Shown here piece by piece: positions 1 through 12,406 of a stretch of 64,000 nt of DNA (its first letter is position 1; the number at the start of each line of letters is the position of its first letter). A program made the translations under genes and the position numbers. Source of the DNA: a plasmid. The notes under the pieces were generated by a model. The model was not told the origin of the DNA, ran no database searches, and saw nothing but the letters and a program-made list of their open reading frames with translations. The DNA lies in sequence record NZ_CP083859.1, one strand, 5' to 3'.

Positions 1-2259
1 TTTCATGGTGATCTCTGACAGATGACGGGCCCTGTTGAGTATCATCAAATCGCCTTTGAGAAGGGTAACGCCAGCACTTTCTATTGCCACATCTGTACCC
101 GTTCCCATGGCTATACCCACGTCAGCCGCTGCCAGCGCCGGGGCATCATTCACACCGTCTCCGGCCATCGCAACCACATGGCCAGACTCTTTCAGTCGGG
201 TTATCACTGCTTTTTTGCCATCCGGCAGAATCCCGGCTTCAACCTCATCTATTCCCAGTTTCCGTGCGACTGCTTCAGCAGTAAGCTGGTTATCCCCGGT
301 GAGCATAACAATGCGGATCCCCGCCTGACGCAAAGCTTTAAGCGCATCCGGCGTGGTTGCTTTCACGGGATCCGAGATAGCTATCAGGCCTGCAAGGTTC
401 CCGTCTGTGGCCACATAGATAACGGTAGCGCCTTCCATCCGCAACGTATCCGCAACGGCCTTTTGATTATCAATAACGATACTGTTTTCCTGCATAGCCA
501 GTTCATTACCAATAACAACCCGTTGACCTTCGACATCGCCTGAGACACCTTTCCCCGACGGGGCATTGAAATTACTGACGGCAGGTATCACGATCCCCTT
601 TTCATGCGCGGCTCTGACAACAGCCATACCCAACGGATGCTGCGAACCTTTTTCCACTGCAGCTGTTACACGTAAAAGAGATATTTCCCCACCCGGACTG
701 AGACTGATAATCCCTGTCACCGTAGGCGAACCTTCCGTGAGCGTGCCTGTTTTGTCGACAACCAGCGTGTCCACTTTTTCAAGACGCTCAAGGGCTTCGG
801 CATTCTTGATTAACACCCCGGCCTGGGCGCCTTTGCCCACCCCCACCATTATCGACATCGGCGTGGCCAGTCCCAGCGCGCAGGGACAGGCAATAATCAG
901 GACCGACACAGCCGCAATGAGACCGTGCGCCATCCTGGGCTCGGGCCCCCAGACAGACCAGATCAAGAAAGCAACAACCGCGATAAGTATCACCAGAGGA
1001 ACAAACCAGCCTGAAACGCTGTCTGCCATTCTCTGGATGGGGGCACGCGAACGCTGTGCATCAGCGACCATCTGAACAATTCGTGAGAGCATCGTTTCAT
1101 CACCGACTTTCTCTGCACGGATGATAAGACTACCTGTCTGATTAATCGTCCCCCCAATGACAGGGTCACCCTTCGTTTTGGTAACCGGCATAGACTCCCC
1201 GGTCACCATCGATTCATCCACGGTTGTTTTGCCTTCGATCACGATACCGTCGACCGGAATACTCTCTCCAGGTCTGATGCGGAGCTTATCGCCAGGCAGG
1301 ACATCTTCCGCATTAATATCCGTTTCATGACCGTCATGATCCAGCCGTCTGGCGGTTTTGGGGGCAAGGTTCAGAAGCGCAGTAATGGCGCCTGAGGTTT
1401 GTTCCCGTGCCCGCAGCTCAAGAACCTGTCCCAGCAGAACAAGCACCGTAATAACTGCTGCGGCTTCAAAATAAACGGCCACCAGGCCATCCATGTTTCT
1501 GAACGATGCAGGAAACCAGGAGGGGAAGACGGTTGCAATGACGCTGTAAACCCAGGCTACGCCGGTCCCCATTGCAACAAGGGTAAACATATTCAGGGAG
1601 CGGTTACGTAACGACATTCCGGCCCGGGCGAAGAATGGCCAGCCACACCACAACACGACAGGGGAGGCCAGAAGCAACTGCAGCCATGTGTTGTACTGTG
1701 GCGGTACTGTATTCCTCAAGTCGGGAAACAGATGAGATCCCATTTCGAGTACCAGAACCGGAAACGCCAGCAACAACCCCAGCCAGAAGCGTCTTGTCAT
1801 GTCGTGAAGTTCATCACTCGGCCCCGTGGATGCCGTAGCTACGAGCGGCTCCAGTGCCATTCCACAGATAGGACAGCTTCCGGGACCACAGCGGCGTATC
1901 TCCGGGTGCATCGGACATGTCCACACACCTTCAGAATTCTCTTTTTCCGCCTGGTTGTGAGGCTTTTTTATCTGATCAGGGCTGACTTCGTGATGATCGT
2001 GGTGATGGTGATGGGAATGTTCACTGGCATCTTCGGTAAAATAATGATCGGGATGGGCTTTAAATTTGCTCTCACAGCTGGCGGAGCAGAAATAAAGCTG
2101 ATGGTCCTGGTATCGAATGCTGCTGTGCGCCTTGTCAGGCAGGATGACCATCCCGCACACGGGATCTCTCACCTTATGCAATACGTGGCCCTCGTCCGGG
2201 GATAATGTCTGCTCAGAAGCAGTCTGGTTGTTGTGTTGCACTGCATTGTCATTTTTCAC
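1..2259 (-). CDS. silP: Ag(I)/Cu(I) P1B-type ATPase SilP, cut by window edge (about 753 N-terminal codons present; GTG start)
   Basis: Reverse-complement from GTG at ~2259 reads [38 protein letters not shown]: His-rich N-terminus, CxxC metal sites, P-type ATPase motifs. SD ggagag lies upstream. No stop before position 1, so the ORF runs off the window, which is why it is absent from the ORF track. The + strand ORFs over it are antisense artefacts. Confidence 0.85.
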   Translation of the reverse strand, partial: MKNDNAVQHNNQTASEQTLSPDEGHVLHKVRDPVCGMVILPDKAHSSIRYQDHQLYFCSASCESKFKAHPDHYFTEDASEHSHHHHHDHHEVSPDQIKKPHNQAEKENSEGVWTCPMHPEIRRCGPGSCPICGMALEPLVATASTGPSDELHDMTRRFWLGLLLAFPVLVLEMGSHLFPDLRNTVPPQYNTWLQLLLASPVVLWCGWPFFARAGMSLRNRSLNMFTLVAMGTGVAWVYSVIATVFPSWFPASFRNMDGLVAVYFEAAAVITVLVLLGQVLELRAREQTSGAITALLNLAPKTARRLDHDGHETDINAEDVLPGDKLRIRPGESIPVDGIVIEGKTTVDESMVTGESMPVTKTKGDPVIGGTINQTGSLIIRAEKVGDETMLSRIVQMVADAQRSRAPIQRMADSVSGWFVPLVILIAVVAFLIWSVWGPEPRMAHGLIAAVSVLIIACPCALGLATPMSIMVGVGKGAQAGVLIKNAEALERLEKVDTLVVDKTGTLTEGSPTVTGIISLSPGGEISLLRVTAAVEKGSQHPLGMAVVRAAHEKGIVIPAVSNFNAPSGKGVSGDVEGQRVVIGNELAMQENSIVIDNQKAVADTLRMEGATVIYVATDGNLAGLIAISDPVKATTPDALKALRQAGIRIVMLTGDNQLTAEAVARKLGIDEVEAGILPDGKKAVITRLKESGHVVAMAGDGVNDAPALAAADVGIAMGTGTDVAIESAGVTLLKGDLMILNRARHLSEITMK

Positions 2260-2385
2260 AGTAACTCTCCTTATGCATACCGAAGCATCTTCTGTCTTCA
2301 GGGTATGTCATGGATGCGATTACCACGAATATCGCCGGCACAGGAGTGCCTGCTACCGGCGTCCCGTTATCAGCCGTTCCGCTGA

Positions 2386-2832
2386 CTATTCGATTCGCTG
2401 GAAGACTTTTTTACTTCCATCCGGTGAGAATGCGATAACATCGTAAGCCTCTTTTCGGGCTCCCATCTCCATTCCAGGACTTCCTGCTGGCATACCGGGG
2501 GTGGCGAGACCGTATATACCCGAACCAGACTGCATTGCCTTATGTATCGTTGTCGCAGGCACATGGCCTTCAATGATCAAATTACCGGCAACCGCGGTAT
2601 GACAACTTCGTAGTCCTGCAGGAACAGCATGCTTTTCTTTCAGGGCTGACAGCGCCTGATCATTCATGACGTGAGTTCGTACTTCGAACCCGTCTTTTTC
2701 CATCGCTTTGCCCCACAGGGAACAACAGCCACAGTTTTCAGATTTGTACATATCAATCACTTTTTCACTCGCCATCGCGGGTAGTGAAAGGCCGAGAGCC
2801 AGCGCCATTAGAACCACTTTTTTCATACTCAC
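2386..2832 (-). CDS. silG: Small periplasmic DUF411/CopG-like protein of the sil operon (ORF105/SilG)
   Basis: 148 aa with signal peptide MSMKKVVLMALALGLSLPAMA, a CxCC motif and Met/His-rich C-terminus. It sits between silA and silP as in known sil loci. Confidence 0.75.
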   Translation of the reverse strand: MSMKKVVLMALALGLSLPAMASEKVIDMYKSENCGCCSLWGKAMEKDGFEVRTHVMNDQALSALKEKHAVPAGLRSCHTAVAGNLIIEGHVPATTIHKAMQSGSGIYGLATPGMPAGSPGMEMGARKEAYDVIAFSPDGSKKVFQRIE

Positions 2833-2912
2833 CTCTGTATATTATCGATATAAACCCTGACGTCAGGGTGAATCAGTAAAGAAGGACACCCACAGGGGGT
2901 GCCCTTTCAGGT

Positions 2913-5900
2913 TCAGGACACGCTTTTTTTATGTCTGCGCAGCCAGATTAATTTGTAGGCGGCAGGAATAATGAACAGGGACAGCAGCGGAGCCGTGATC
3001 ATCCCACCAATCATGGGTGCCGCAATACGGCTCATGACTTCTGAACCTGCGCCGGTTCCCCAGAGTATTGGCAGCAGACCCGCAATGATCACCGCCACGG
3101 TCATGGCTTTCGGCCGGACACGCAGTACGGCACCATGATAGAGGGCTTCATCAAGACCTTCCGGTGTGAACGTCTCTTTACGGGACAATTCCGGGTGCGC
3201 TTCAATGGCATGACGCAGATACATCAGCATGACCACGCCAAACTCTGCTGCCACCCCGGCCAGGGCGATAAACCCGGTTCCGGTCGCCACTGACATATGG
3301 AAGCCCTGCCAGTACAGGAACCATATTCCGCCAACCAGGGCGAACGGCAGGCTCATCAGGATCAGCAGGGCTTCGTCAACCCGGCGGAATGCCAGATACA
3401 ACAGGATGAAAATGATCATCACCGTCATCGGCACCATCAGCTTCAGTTTCTTGTTGGCATGCTCAAGCAGTTCAAACTGTCCGGAGAATGCCACACTGGT
3501 TCCCGGTCTCAGTTTCACTTTCTCGCTGATGGCCGTCTTAATGTCGTTAACCACCGACACCATGTCCCTGCCGCGGGCATCAACATAAATCCAGCTGGCT
3601 GGCCGGGCATTTTCGGTTTTCAGCATGGTTGGTCCAGAAACGACGTTAATATCCGCGACATCGCCCAGCGTGATCTGCTGCTTCATCGGGGTCAGGATCG
3701 GCATCTGTTTCAGCGCCTGCGGACTGTTCCGGTAATCCTGCGGGTAGCGAATGTTAATAGGGTACCGGGCCACCCCTTCAACCGTCTCACCCACCATAGC
3801 ACCTCCGATTGCTGAAGAGACGAACAGCTGGACATCACCTACCGTCATCCCGTAGCGGGAGGCTTTCTCCCGGTTGATATCGATATCGATGTAGCGCCCG
3901 CCCTCAAGTCGCTCAGCCAGGACAGACACCACGCCAGGCACGGTTTTGGCTACCGCCTCGATACTCTGCGCCGTCGCGTCGATATCGGACAGAACAGTCC
4001 CGGACACTTTGATACCTATCGGGCTTTTGATCCCGGTTGAGAGCATATCAATACGGTTACGGATAGGCGGCACCCAGAGGTTTGCCAGACCCGGTAAACG
4101 GACTGTCCTGTCGAGTTCATCAATAATCTTGTCAATTGTCATGCCGGGACGCCACTGATCCTCAGGTTTGAGCTGGATCGTGGTTTCCACCATTTCGAGC
4201 GGCGCGGAATCCGTTGCGGTCTCTGCTTTACCGGTCTTGCCAAATACAGAAGCCACTTCAGGAACGCTTTTGATTAACTTGTCTGTTGTCTGCAGGAGCG
4301 CTGCAGCTTCTGCCGGAGAGACGCCAGGCAAGGTCGACGGCATATACAGCAGATCGCCCTCGTTAATCTTCGGCAGAAATTCACCGCCCACCTGACTCAG
4401 TGGCCAGATAACCGTGAAAATGGACAAGGCCGCAACCAGCAGGGTTGTTTTTGGCCAGTGGAGGACCCGCAGCAGCAAAGGATGATACGCTTTGATCAGC
4501 ACCCGGTTCAGGGGGTTACTTGTCTCGGCAGGAATTTTCCCCCGGATCCAGAATCCCATCAGAATAGGAATGACGATGATGGCCAGTGCGGCCGCTCCCG
4601 CCATGGAGTACGTTTTCGTGAATGCCAGCGGGCCAAACAGACGACCTTCCTGCCCTTCCAGGGTAAAGATAGGAATAAAGGACAGGGTGATGATCAGCAG
4701 GCTAATGAACAACGCGGGTCCCACTTCCACGGAGGCGTCGGTAATCACCTTCCAGCGGGTGGCGTTGTCAATCTGCTCACCCGGATGCTGATGATCCCAC
4801 TCCTCAAGCCGTTTGTGCGCATTTTCAATCATCACAATGGCGGCATCCACCATCGCACCGACGGCAATCGCTATCCCTCCCAGCGACATGATATTGGCGT
4901 TCAGTCCCTGGAAGTGCATGACGATAAAGGCGATACACAGGCCAAGCGGCAGAGAGATAATCGCCACCAGGGCAGAACGTACGTGCCACAGGAACAGAGC
5001 ACAGACGATGGCCACCACGATAAACTCTTCCAGAAGTTTGGAACTGAGGTTATCAATCGCCCGGTCGATTAACTGGCTGCGATCGTAGGTGGTCACGATT
5101 TCAACGCCTTCCGGCAGGCTGGCCTTCAGCGTCTCCAGTTTATCCCTCACTGCCGTGATAACGTCGCGCGCATTTTTACCCGACCGCAGGATCACCACGC
5201 CGCCAGCGACTTCTCCCTGGCCGTTCAGCTCGGCAATACCACGCCTCATTTCGGGCCCGGTCTGCACGCGGGCAACATCCCGCAGATAAACCGGCACGCC
5301 GTTCTCACCTGTTTTCAGGACGATGTTATTAAAATCATCAATGCTCTGAAGATAACCGCTGGCACGGACCATATACTCCGCTTCGGCCATTTCAACGGAT
5401 GAGCCACCGGCCTCCTGGTTAGACGATTCAAGTGCCTGTTTCACTTCGGGCAGGCTGATACCGTACTGGGACAGTTTTACCGGATTGACCTGAATCTGGT
5501 ACTGTTTCACCACGCCGCCAACCGAAGCGACCTCAGCCACGTTCGGGATGGTTTTCAGCTCAAATTTCAGGAACCAGTCCTGCAGAGAGCGCAGTTCTGA
5601 AAGGTCGTGTTTTCCGTTGCGATCGACAAGGGCATATTCAAATATCCAGCCCACTCCCGTGGCGTCCGGGCCGATTTCAGAGCTCACACCCGCAGGCAGT
5701 TTGCCCTGAACCTGATTCAGGTATTCCAGCACGCGCGAACGGGCCCAGTACAGATCGGTGCCGTCTTCAAAAATGACATACACATACGAATCACCAAACT
5801 GTGAAAAGCCACGCACGGTTTTTGCGCCAGGTACGGACAGCATGGTGGTGGTAAGCGGATAGGTGACCTGGTTTTCTACAATCTGCGGGGCCTGTCCGGG

Positions 5901-6059
5901 ATAGCTGGTTTTAATAATGACCTGCACATCTGACAGGTCAGGCAGCGCATCGACCGGCGTGTTAATTATCGTCCATGTGCCCCAGATGCTGAGAAACAGT
6001 GCGCCCATCATGACCAGGAAACGGTTGGCGACAGAGCGCCGGATAATCCATTCAATCAT
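2913..6059 (-). CDS. silA: RND heavy-metal efflux permease SilA (CusA-like)
   Basis: 1048 aa, 12-TM RND architecture, methionine cluster typical of CusA-family pumps. Position in the silCFBA block. Confidence 0.95.
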   Translation of the reverse strand: MIEWIIRRSVANRFLVMMGALFLSIWGTWTIINTPVDALPDLSDVQVIIKTSYPGQAPQIVENQVTYPLTTTMLSVPGAKTVRGFSQFGDSYVYVIFEDGTDLYWARSRVLEYLNQVQGKLPAGVSSEIGPDATGVGWIFEYALVDRNGKHDLSELRSLQDWFLKFELKTIPNVAEVASVGGVVKQYQIQVNPVKLSQYGISLPEVKQALESSNQEAGGSSVEMAEAEYMVRASGYLQSIDDFNNIVLKTGENGVPVYLRDVARVQTGPEMRRGIAELNGQGEVAGGVVILRSGKNARDVITAVRDKLETLKASLPEGVEIVTTYDRSQLIDRAIDNLSSKLLEEFIVVAIVCALFLWHVRSALVAIISLPLGLCIAFIVMHFQGLNANIMSLGGIAIAVGAMVDAAIVMIENAHKRLEEWDHQHPGEQIDNATRWKVITDASVEVGPALFISLLIITLSFIPIFTLEGQEGRLFGPLAFTKTYSMAGAAALAIIVIPILMGFWIRGKIPAETSNPLNRVLIKAYHPLLLRVLHWPKTTLLVAALSIFTVIWPLSQVGGEFLPKINEGDLLYMPSTLPGVSPAEAAALLQTTDKLIKSVPEVASVFGKTGKAETATDSAPLEMVETTIQLKPEDQWRPGMTIDKIIDELDRTVRLPGLANLWVPPIRNRIDMLSTGIKSPIGIKVSGTVLSDIDATAQSIEAVAKTVPGVVSVLAERLEGGRYIDIDINREKASRYGMTVGDVQLFVSSAIGGAMVGETVEGVARYPINIRYPQDYRNSPQALKQMPILTPMKQQITLGDVADINVVSGPTMLKTENARPASWIYVDARGRDMVSVVNDIKTAISEKVKLRPGTSVAFSGQFELLEHANKKLKLMVPMTVMIIFILLYLAFRRVDEALLILMSLPFALVGGIWFLYWQGFHMSVATGTGFIALAGVAAEFGVVMLMYLRHAIEAHPELSRKETFTPEGLDEALYHGAVLRVRPKAMTVAVIIAGLLPILWGTGAGSEVMSRIAAPMIGGMITAPLLSLFIIPAAYKLIWLRRHKKSVS

Positions 6060-6069
6060 CGTCGTCTCC

Positions 6070-7362
6070 TCAGTGCCCTGAATGCATATTTACAGGCTGC
6101 TCAGACATTGCTGGCATACTGTTTTCTGTTTTTTCAGGGTGGCGCATACGTTCCAGCGCGCCCGTAATATTGGCTTCGGAGTCAATGAGGAACAGGCCAC
6201 TGACCACCACGGTATCGCCTTCATTCAGGCCGGAGCCAATGCCGGACTGTTGCTGTGATTCATGCAGAACGTGGATCTGTTTCGGCACAAACTTGCCTTC
6301 ATCATCAACAGTAATCACGCGCTGTTCTTTGCCGGTATCGATAACGGCCTGGCTTGGTATCAGCAGCATCTCCTGGCTCTTGGTATTCAGTTTCAGATAG
6401 GCATTCATGCCCGGCTTGAGAAACTCATCCTTATTAGAAACCTGGAGACGGACCTGAAGCGTACGGGTTGTCTGATCCACGCTGGGAAGAATGTTCCATT
6501 TTTCGACATGGAATGTTTTATCCGGATAAGCCGGTACCGAAATTTCAAACTGCGACGTATCTTTCAGCAGATAGGCGATAGATTCTGGCACTGCAGCGCT
6601 GATCCAGACCGGGTCCATCCCCTGAATCTGAGCCACTACTTTATCTTTCGAAATATTCATTCCGGTGCGCAGGTCAAACGCAGTAATGACACCATCAATA
6701 GGTGCTTTAATGGTAAAACGGGTCTGGATTGTGCGGGTTGAACGCAGCCTTTGAATATCCTCTTCCGGCATACCAGCCAGACGAAGTCGCTCCAGAACCC
6801 CTTTTATCTGGGTTGACGTACCGCCTGTACCGGATAACAGCAGGAACTCACTTTGTGCCTCAACCCATTCAGGAATGGTGATATCGATAAGCGGAGTGCC
6901 TTTCTTCACATGATCGCCAATCGTCAGGGGATACACTTTTTCGACGAAACCGTCAGAACGCGCCTGCACAATGACAAACTGATACTCGTTGTAACTGACA
7001 TTAGCCGGGATTGTCTGGGAATAATTCAGCATTCCTCGCGTAACTTTTTGCGTTTTTAATCCCAGATTCTGAACCTGGGTTGGATCGATACGGATCCCGC
7101 CACTGCTTTTATCGCCACTTTCATCAGCATATTTCGGCACCAGGTCCATATCCATAAAGGGAGATTTTCCGGGTTTATCAAATTTGGTATCCGGTTTCAT
7201 CGGGTCATACCAGAAAAGTACCTTTCGCTCCGGTGCCTTTTGTTCGGTTTGTACTGTTTTTTGTGATGAGTTTACATACTGCCAGGCAGTAACCGATATC
7301 AGCCCCCCTGCTATGAGGCTGCTGATAATTATTGCAGCATATTTTATCTTTAAAGAAGCCAT
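6070..7362 (-). CDS. silB: Periplasmic adaptor (membrane fusion protein) SilB (CusB-like)
   Basis: 430 aa, N-terminal membrane anchor, beta-barrel/lipoyl HlyD-like core, Met/His-rich C-terminal tail. Located between silF and silA. Confidence 0.9.
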   Translation of the reverse strand: MASLKIKYAAIIISSLIAGGLISVTAWQYVNSSQKTVQTEQKAPERKVLFWYDPMKPDTKFDKPGKSPFMDMDLVPKYADESGDKSSGGIRIDPTQVQNLGLKTQKVTRGMLNYSQTIPANVSYNEYQFVIVQARSDGFVEKVYPLTIGDHVKKGTPLIDITIPEWVEAQSEFLLLSGTGGTSTQIKGVLERLRLAGMPEEDIQRLRSTRTIQTRFTIKAPIDGVITAFDLRTGMNISKDKVVAQIQGMDPVWISAAVPESIAYLLKDTSQFEISVPAYPDKTFHVEKWNILPSVDQTTRTLQVRLQVSNKDEFLKPGMNAYLKLNTKSQEMLLIPSQAVIDTGKEQRVITVDDEGKFVPKQIHVLHESQQQSGIGSGLNEGDTVVVSGLFLIDSEANITGALERMRHPEKTENSMPAMSEQPVNMHSGH

Positions 7363-7475
7363 ACAATTTCTCGCTGAAAAATCAAAACACCTGGCATATG
7401 CGCCCGATCATTCATTCACAGTAATCCCTTAATGAATGTTCAGGCGCACTGGATGTATTCGCTCCGGACTGATAA

Positions 7476-7829
7476 TCAGGATTGCGTAACGTTAATGCTT
7501 TTGAGTAAGGAGATATTGCCCTGCTGAATAAACGAGAAATCGACATGGTTGCCGGTTTTCAGGGCATTGATAGCGTCGTCTGCATTAACAAAAGTGAAGC
7601 GCATGGTCATTGCAGGCCAGCCCACAGCAGGGATTGCTTCGTGCGAAATGGTAATCTTTTTACTATTCATATCAATGTCTTTAACGACACCGGTGCCCTT
7701 GATAACCTGCTGTACCGAAGCATCACTGGCAGCATTCATATCGCCATGCTGATGTGTTTCAGCATGAAGACCGGCAGAAAACATGACAGAGAAGGCACCA
7801 AATAAAACGGCTTTAAGTGAATTACGCAT
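7476..7829 (-). CDS. silF: Periplasmic Ag/Cu chaperone SilF (CusF-like)
   Basis: 117 aa, signal peptide, HxxxxxxM..M..W metal-binding pattern (HQHGDMN..MTMRF). Located between silC and silB. Confidence 0.85.
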   Translation of the reverse strand: MRNSLKAVLFGAFSVMFSAGLHAETHQHGDMNAASDASVQQVIKGTGVVKDIDMNSKKITISHEAIPAVGWPAMTMRFTFVNADDAINALKTGNHVDFSFIQQGNISLLKSINVTQS

Positions 7830-7857
7830 TTTTAATTTCCTGATTAATTAAATAAAT

Positions 7858-9243
7858 TTACTCTACCCAACCGCCACCCAGCGCGGTAAACAGATTAATT
7901 TCGTTAACCTGTCGGGAATAGGTAAGATCGAGAATGGTTTGCTGCGTAGCGAAGAGGGAACGTTCTGCATCCAGCACTTCGATGTAACTGACAGCACCAC
8001 TTGCATATAATCCTCTGGCACGCTGGAGAGTTATCTGAAGTGAATCAAGATAACGCTGCTGTGACTCAAGTTGCTGGCTAAGGCTGTCGCGCAGCGCAAG
8101 CGTGTCGGAAACATCCTTAAAGGCTGACTGAATTTTTTGTTCGTAATTAACCACCGATTGTTGCTGGCGAATTTCAGCCAGCTTCAGATTGGCTTTATTC
8201 CTGCCAGCATTAAAAATAGGAATTTCAATTTTAGGGATAAAATTCCACATTCCACTTCCTGACGTAAACAGGCTTGACAGCTCCGTACTGCTTGCGGAAA
8301 GACCACTGGTCAGGGTAATGGAGGGGAAAAAGGCCGCTCGCGCTGCGCCAATATTGGCATCAGCCGCTTTCAGCTGATATTCCGCTTCCATAATATCCGG
8401 TCGCTGCAGCAAAATTTGTGAAGATAGATTTGGTGGCAATTTTACTGGTGCGATCTCCCCGCCTTTCATCCCTTTTTCTGACGGAAGTGCGCGGTACGTT
8501 CCCAGCACCAGTTGCAGGGCATTGTTTGCCTGAGCCAGATCGCCTTCTCGTTTGGCTATTTCGGCGCGGGTACTTTCGATTTGTCCTCTCGCCTGTTCAA
8601 GTGCCAGAACGTTCGTACTCCCGGTCACGAGCTGTTGCTCAACGAAAGCATAGGACTGTTCATAATTTTTCAGCGTTTCCCGCGCAATACGGAGTTGTTC
8701 GTACGCCAGTTGCTGGCTGAAATAGCTCTGTGAAACGTTGGAGACCAGCAGGATGTGTACGGCACGACGGGCTTCTTCGCTGGCAAAGTAGTTCTGGCGA
8801 TCAGCCTCACTCATGTTCTTAAGTTTGCCAAAAAAATCGAGCTCATAGCTGAGCTCCAGACCCGCGTCGTACTCCTGTGTGGTCGGCTTGTCACCTTTCA
8901 GACCACCGTTGTATGTGATCCCGGATGAGGCATTCAGTTGGGGATAACGATCTGCATCCGTGACGTTGAACTGGGCCCGGGCCTCTTCAACCTTCAGGGC
9001 AGCCATTCTCAAATCACGGTTATTATTCAGGGCTTCACCGATCAGCCTGCTGACCTGGGGATCGACAAAAAAGTTTCGCCAGCCCGTATCCTGATAGCTG
9101 TTTACCGCAGGCGTCAGACTGTTTTTAGACAATGAAAACTGCTGGGGAACCGGAGCTGGCGGACGCTGATATTCAGGTGCCAGAGAAACACAACCAGCCA
9201 GGATGAATATGGTACTGATGCTGAGTAATTTTAATTTGAACAT
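7858..9243 (-). CDS. silC: Outer-membrane efflux lipoprotein SilC (CusC/TolC family)
   Basis: ORF track gives 7858..9399. The real start is probably the internal Met (MFKLKLLSISTIFILAGC, a lipobox) at 9243, giving 461 aa. OMF family repeats are present. Confidence 0.9.
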   Translation of the reverse strand: MFKLKLLSISTIFILAGCVSLAPEYQRPPAPVPQQFSLSKNSLTPAVNSYQDTGWRNFFVDPQVSRLIGEALNNNRDLRMAALKVEEARAQFNVTDADRYPQLNASSGITYNGGLKGDKPTTQEYDAGLELSYELDFFGKLKNMSEADRQNYFASEEARRAVHILLVSNVSQSYFSQQLAYEQLRIARETLKNYEQSYAFVEQQLVTGSTNVLALEQARGQIESTRAEIAKREGDLAQANNALQLVLGTYRALPSEKGMKGGEIAPVKLPPNLSSQILLQRPDIMEAEYQLKAADANIGAARAAFFPSITLTSGLSASSTELSSLFTSGSGMWNFIPKIEIPIFNAGRNKANLKLAEIRQQQSVVNYEQKIQSAFKDVSDTLALRDSLSQQLESQQRYLDSLQITLQRARGLYASGAVSYIEVLDAERSLFATQQTILDLTYSRQVNEINLFTALGGGWVE

Positions 9244-9343
9244 AACGCTTCTCGTACAGGCAGACCTGGTAAATGGTTCAAACGAAGTCCAGAGTATTGA
9301 TAGGGATACTTTACCGAACGCTCTCTGTTTGCCGGGTGACAGG

Positions 9344-9365
9344 ATAATGACAATGTTGTCATTTT
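9344..9365. promoter_or_regulatory. SilR/CusR-type operator box (ATAATGACAAtgTTGTCATTTT palindrome) in the divergent silC / silRS promoter region
   Basis: Perfect inverted repeat ATGACAA-N2-TTGTCAT between the silC and silR starts, matching the published CusR/SilR box. Confidence 0.75.
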
Positions 9366-9429
9366 TGCTGTAATCCGTTGATAACGATCGTGGGCGCAAT
9401 AAAATGACATTAGCAGCCAGCCGGGGAGC

Positions 9430-10113
9430 ATGATGAAAATATTAATCGTTGAAGACGAAATTAAAACAGGTGAATATCTCAGCAAGGGGCTGACAGAGGC
9501 GGGGTTCGTCGTGGATCACGCTGATAATGGTCTGACCGGATATCATCTTGCCATGACAGCCGAGTATGATTTAGTCATCCTGGATATCATGCTGCCTGAT
9601 GTAAACGGCTGGGATATCATCCGTATGCTGCGCAGTGCCGGAAAGGGGATGCCGGTATTACTGCTGACGGCCCTTGGCACGATTGAACACAGGGTCAAAG
9701 GACTTGAGCTGGGTGCGGACGATTATCTGGTGAAGCCCTTTGCGTTTGCTGAACTGCTCGCCCGGGTAAGAACCCTCCTCAGGCGGGGAAACACGATGAT
9801 CACGGAAAGCCAGCTTAAAGTGGCTGACCTCTCGGTTGATCTCGTATCCAGAAAAGTCAGCCGCGCCGGGAACCGCATTGTGCTCACCAGTAAAGAGTTC
9901 AGCTTGCTGGAATTCTTCATTCGCCATCAGGGAGAAGTTCTTCCCCGCTCCCTGATTGCCTCTCAGGTCTGGGACATGAATTTTGACAGCGACACTAACG
10001 CGATTGATGTCGCAGTAAAGCGACTCCGCGCTAAAATAGACAACGATTACGGGACAAAACTGATCCAGACAGTGCGGGGCGTGGGCTACATGCTGGAGAT
10101 CCCGGATGCATAG
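9430..10113 (+). CDS. silR: OmpR-family response regulator SilR (CusR-like)
   Basis: 227 aa, receiver domain ([11 protein letters not shown]) plus winged-helix output domain. Overlaps the silS start. Confidence 0.9.
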   Translation: MMKILIVEDEIKTGEYLSKGLTEAGFVVDHADNGLTGYHLAMTAEYDLVILDIMLPDVNGWDIIRMLRSAGKGMPVLLLTALGTIEHRVKGLELGADDYLVKPFAFAELLARVRTLLRRGNTMITESQLKVADLSVDLVSRKVSRAGNRIVLTSKEFSLLEFFIRHQGEVLPRSLIASQVWDMNFDSDTNAIDVAVKRLRAKIDNDYGTKLIQTVRGVGYMLEIPDA

Positions 10114-11581
10114 CAAACCGTCCAGACGACCTTTCTCACTCGCTCTGCGGCTGACCTTTTTTATCAGCCTGTCCACAATACTGGCGTTTATCGCCTTCAC
10201 CTGGTTTATGCTGCATTCTGTTGAAAAGCATTTTGCCGAGCAGGATGTCAGCGATCTGCAACAAATCAGCACCACACTGAGCCGTATACTCCAGTCCCCG
10301 GCAGATCCGGATGAAAAAAAAGTAAGCAAAATAAAGGAATCAATTGCCAGCTACCGCAACGTTGCCCTTTTGCTCCTCAATCCCAGGGGTGAAGTGCTCT
10401 TGAGCTCAGCTCAGGGGGCGGCACTACGCCCGGCAGTGAATTCAGCAGATTTTAGCGAGCACAGCCGCGCACGGGATGTCTTTCTCTGGACGGTGGAGGA
10501 TCCTGCGGGACCGATGGATACCGGGTCCGGAATGAAGATGGAAACATACCGGATTATCGCCTCCTCTGGCCAGGCGATATTTCAGGGCAAACAGCAGAAC
10601 TATGTCATGCTGACTGGCCTCTCCATTAATTTCCATCTCCATTACCTTGATGCGCTGAAAAAAAATCTGATTGCAATCGCTGTTGTGATAAGCCTGCTGA
10701 TTGTTCTGATCATTCGCATCGCTGTCCGTCAGGGGCATCTGCCCCTTCGTAATGTCAGCAATGCCATTAAAAGCATCACCTCCGAGAATCTTGATGCGCG
10801 GCTGGAACCGACACGGGTTCCCATTGAGCTGGAGCAACTGGTTATCTCGTTCAATCATATGATTGGAAAGATTGAGGATGTCTTTACCCGCCAGGCCAAT
10901 TTCTCTGCCGATATCGCGCACGAGATCAGAACGCCCATCACCAATCTGGTGACACAGACTGAAATCGCGCTGAGTCAGGATCGAACCCAGAAGGAACTTG
11001 AGGATGTCCTCTACTCCAGCCTGGAAGAGTATAACCGGATGACCAAAATGGTCAGCGACATGCTGTTCCTGGCGCAGGCAGACAATAATCAGCTGATACC
11101 TGACAGGGTCATGTTTGACCTCAGAGCGGAAGTCATGAAAGTCTTCGAGTTTTTCGAAGCCTGGGCCGAAGAACGCAATATCACGCTCAAATTTGACGGG
11201 ATGCCCTGCCTGGTTGAGGGAGATCCACAAATGTTCAGAAGGGCGATCAATAATCTGTTATCCAATGCCCTGCGTTATACCCCGGAGGGACAGGCAATCA
11301 CCGTCTCAATAAGAGAGCAGGAGAGCTTTTTTGACCTTGTGATTGAAAATCCGGGGAAACCGATCCCTGAAGAACATTTATCAAGGCTGTTTGACCGTTT
11401 TTATCGGGTGGATCCATCCAGACAACGAAAAGGAGAAGGCAGCGGCATCGGCCTTGCGATTGTGAAGTCAATCGTGGAAGCACATCACGGAAGAGTGCAG
11501 GTGGAATCAGACGTACGCTCCACGCGTTTTATCTTATCCGTGCCCAGACTGGAGAAAATGATCCCGGAAACCCAATGCTGA
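10106..11581 (+). CDS. silS: Sensor histidine kinase SilS (CusS-like)
   Basis: 491 aa, two TM segments, HAMP, H-box ([12 protein letters not shown]) and HATPase_c motifs. Confidence 0.9.
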   Translation: MHSKPSRRPFSLALRLTFFISLSTILAFIAFTWFMLHSVEKHFAEQDVSDLQQISTTLSRILQSPADPDEKKVSKIKESIASYRNVALLLLNPRGEVLLSSAQGAALRPAVNSADFSEHSRARDVFLWTVEDPAGPMDTGSGMKMETYRIIASSGQAIFQGKQQNYVMLTGLSINFHLHYLDALKKNLIAIAVVISLLIVLIIRIAVRQGHLPLRNVSNAIKSITSENLDARLEPTRVPIELEQLVISFNHMIGKIEDVFTRQANFSADIAHEIRTPITNLVTQTEIALSQDRTQKELEDVLYSSLEEYNRMTKMVSDMLFLAQADNNQLIPDRVMFDLRAEVMKVFEFFEAWAEERNITLKFDGMPCLVEGDPQMFRRAINNLLSNALRYTPEGQAITVSIREQESFFDLVIENPGKPIPEEHLSRLFDRFYRVDPSRQRKGEGSGIGLAIVKSIVEAHHGRVQVESDVRSTRFILSVPRLEKMIPETQC

Positions 11582-11594
11582 AAATAAAGATGTA

Positions 11595-11613
11595 AATGAC
11601 AAAGATGTCATTA
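11595..11613. promoter_or_regulatory. Second SilR/CusR-type box (AAATGACAAagaTGTCATT) upstream of silE
   Basis: ATGACA-N4-TGTCAT palindrome about 220 bp upstream of the silE ATG, consistent with SilRS control of silE. Confidence 0.6.
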
Positions 11614-11831
11614 GCCTGTCATGCAGCAAACAGAAGCCATTCGATATAATTAGTGCAACTTATCAGGAAGGCTGGATTGCTTCATCAATACCCGGCGTCA
11701 GAGTACGCCAGGAAATGAATATCCAGCCCTCTTCCGGAGAAATAAACGCTGCCGAACTTGTTTCAGTTATGGAACTGAAAACACCGGTTGTACTTCCCCG
11801 GACATCACTAATTCAGAAATGGAGAGTTATC

Positions 11832-12263
11832 ATGAAAAATATCGTATTAGCATCTTTGCTGGGCTTTGGTTTAATTTCATCGGCCTGGGCCACTGAAACC
11901 GTGAATATCCATGATCGCGTCAACAATGCACAGGCTCCTGCTCACCAGATGCAGTCTGCTGCGGCTCCTGTCGGGATCCAGGGGACTGCTCCTCGTATGA
12001 CCGGTATGGACCAGCATGAACAGGCCATTATTGCTCATGAAACCATGACGAACGGCTCGGCGGATGCGCACCAGAAAATGGTGGAAAGTCATCAGAAGAT
12101 GATGGGAAATAACACGGTATCCACGACCGTCCCGTCAACGTCTTACGCGGCGATGAATGAGCATGAAAGAGCAGCGGTTGCCCATGAATTCATGAATAAC
12201 GGGCAATCCGGCCCACATCAGGCCATGGCCGAAGCGCACCGCCGCATGATCAATGCAGGCTGA
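11832..12263 (+). CDS. silE: Periplasmic silver-binding protein SilE
   Basis: 143 aa from the internal ATG with SD ggagag. Signal peptide, then repeated His/Met motifs (HQM, HETM, HQKM, HEFM). The N-terminal extension in the ORF track (from 11715) has no SD. Confidence 0.85.
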   Translation: MKNIVLASLLGFGLISSAWATETVNIHDRVNNAQAPAHQMQSAAAPVGIQGTAPRMTGMDQHEQAIIAHETMTNGSADAHQKMVESHQKMMGNNTVSTTVPSTSYAAMNEHERAAVAHEFMNNGQSGPHQAMAEAHRRMINAG

Positions 12264-12334
12264 ATGCGACGGTAGTATCCGTGCTGTTACCTTTTCCCTG
12301 ATAGATTTTCCTGAAACAACGTTGCTACATTTTT

Positions 12335-12358
12335 GCCCCCCGTCAGGGGGCTTTTTTG
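12335..12358 (+). terminator. Rho-independent terminator after silE (GCCCCCCGTCAGGGGGC + T-run)
   Basis: GC hairpin followed by TTTTTT, about 70 bp after the silE stop. Confidence 0.75.
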
Positions 12359-12406
12359 TCTGACTCAGCTACACTTAACCGGTACCTGTCTGAAAGGAAT
12401 TATTAT

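Noticed and set aside
22-2446. Multiple + strand ORFs (22..543, 566..1075, 1732..2205 and others) across the first 2.4 kb
   Set aside because: They are antisense to the silP reading frame, which translates cleanly on the minus strand as a P-type ATPase. Their translations are low-complexity with no SD.
3229-5289. + strand ORFs inside silA (3297..3815, 4458..5072 and others)
   Set aside because: Antisense to a 1048-aa conserved RND pump. They are His/Arg/Gln-rich artefacts of GC-rich antisense frames.
9658-11230. Minus-strand ORFs 9658..10329 and 10442..11230
   Set aside because: Antisense to silR/silS. No SD, and their composition is not protein-like.
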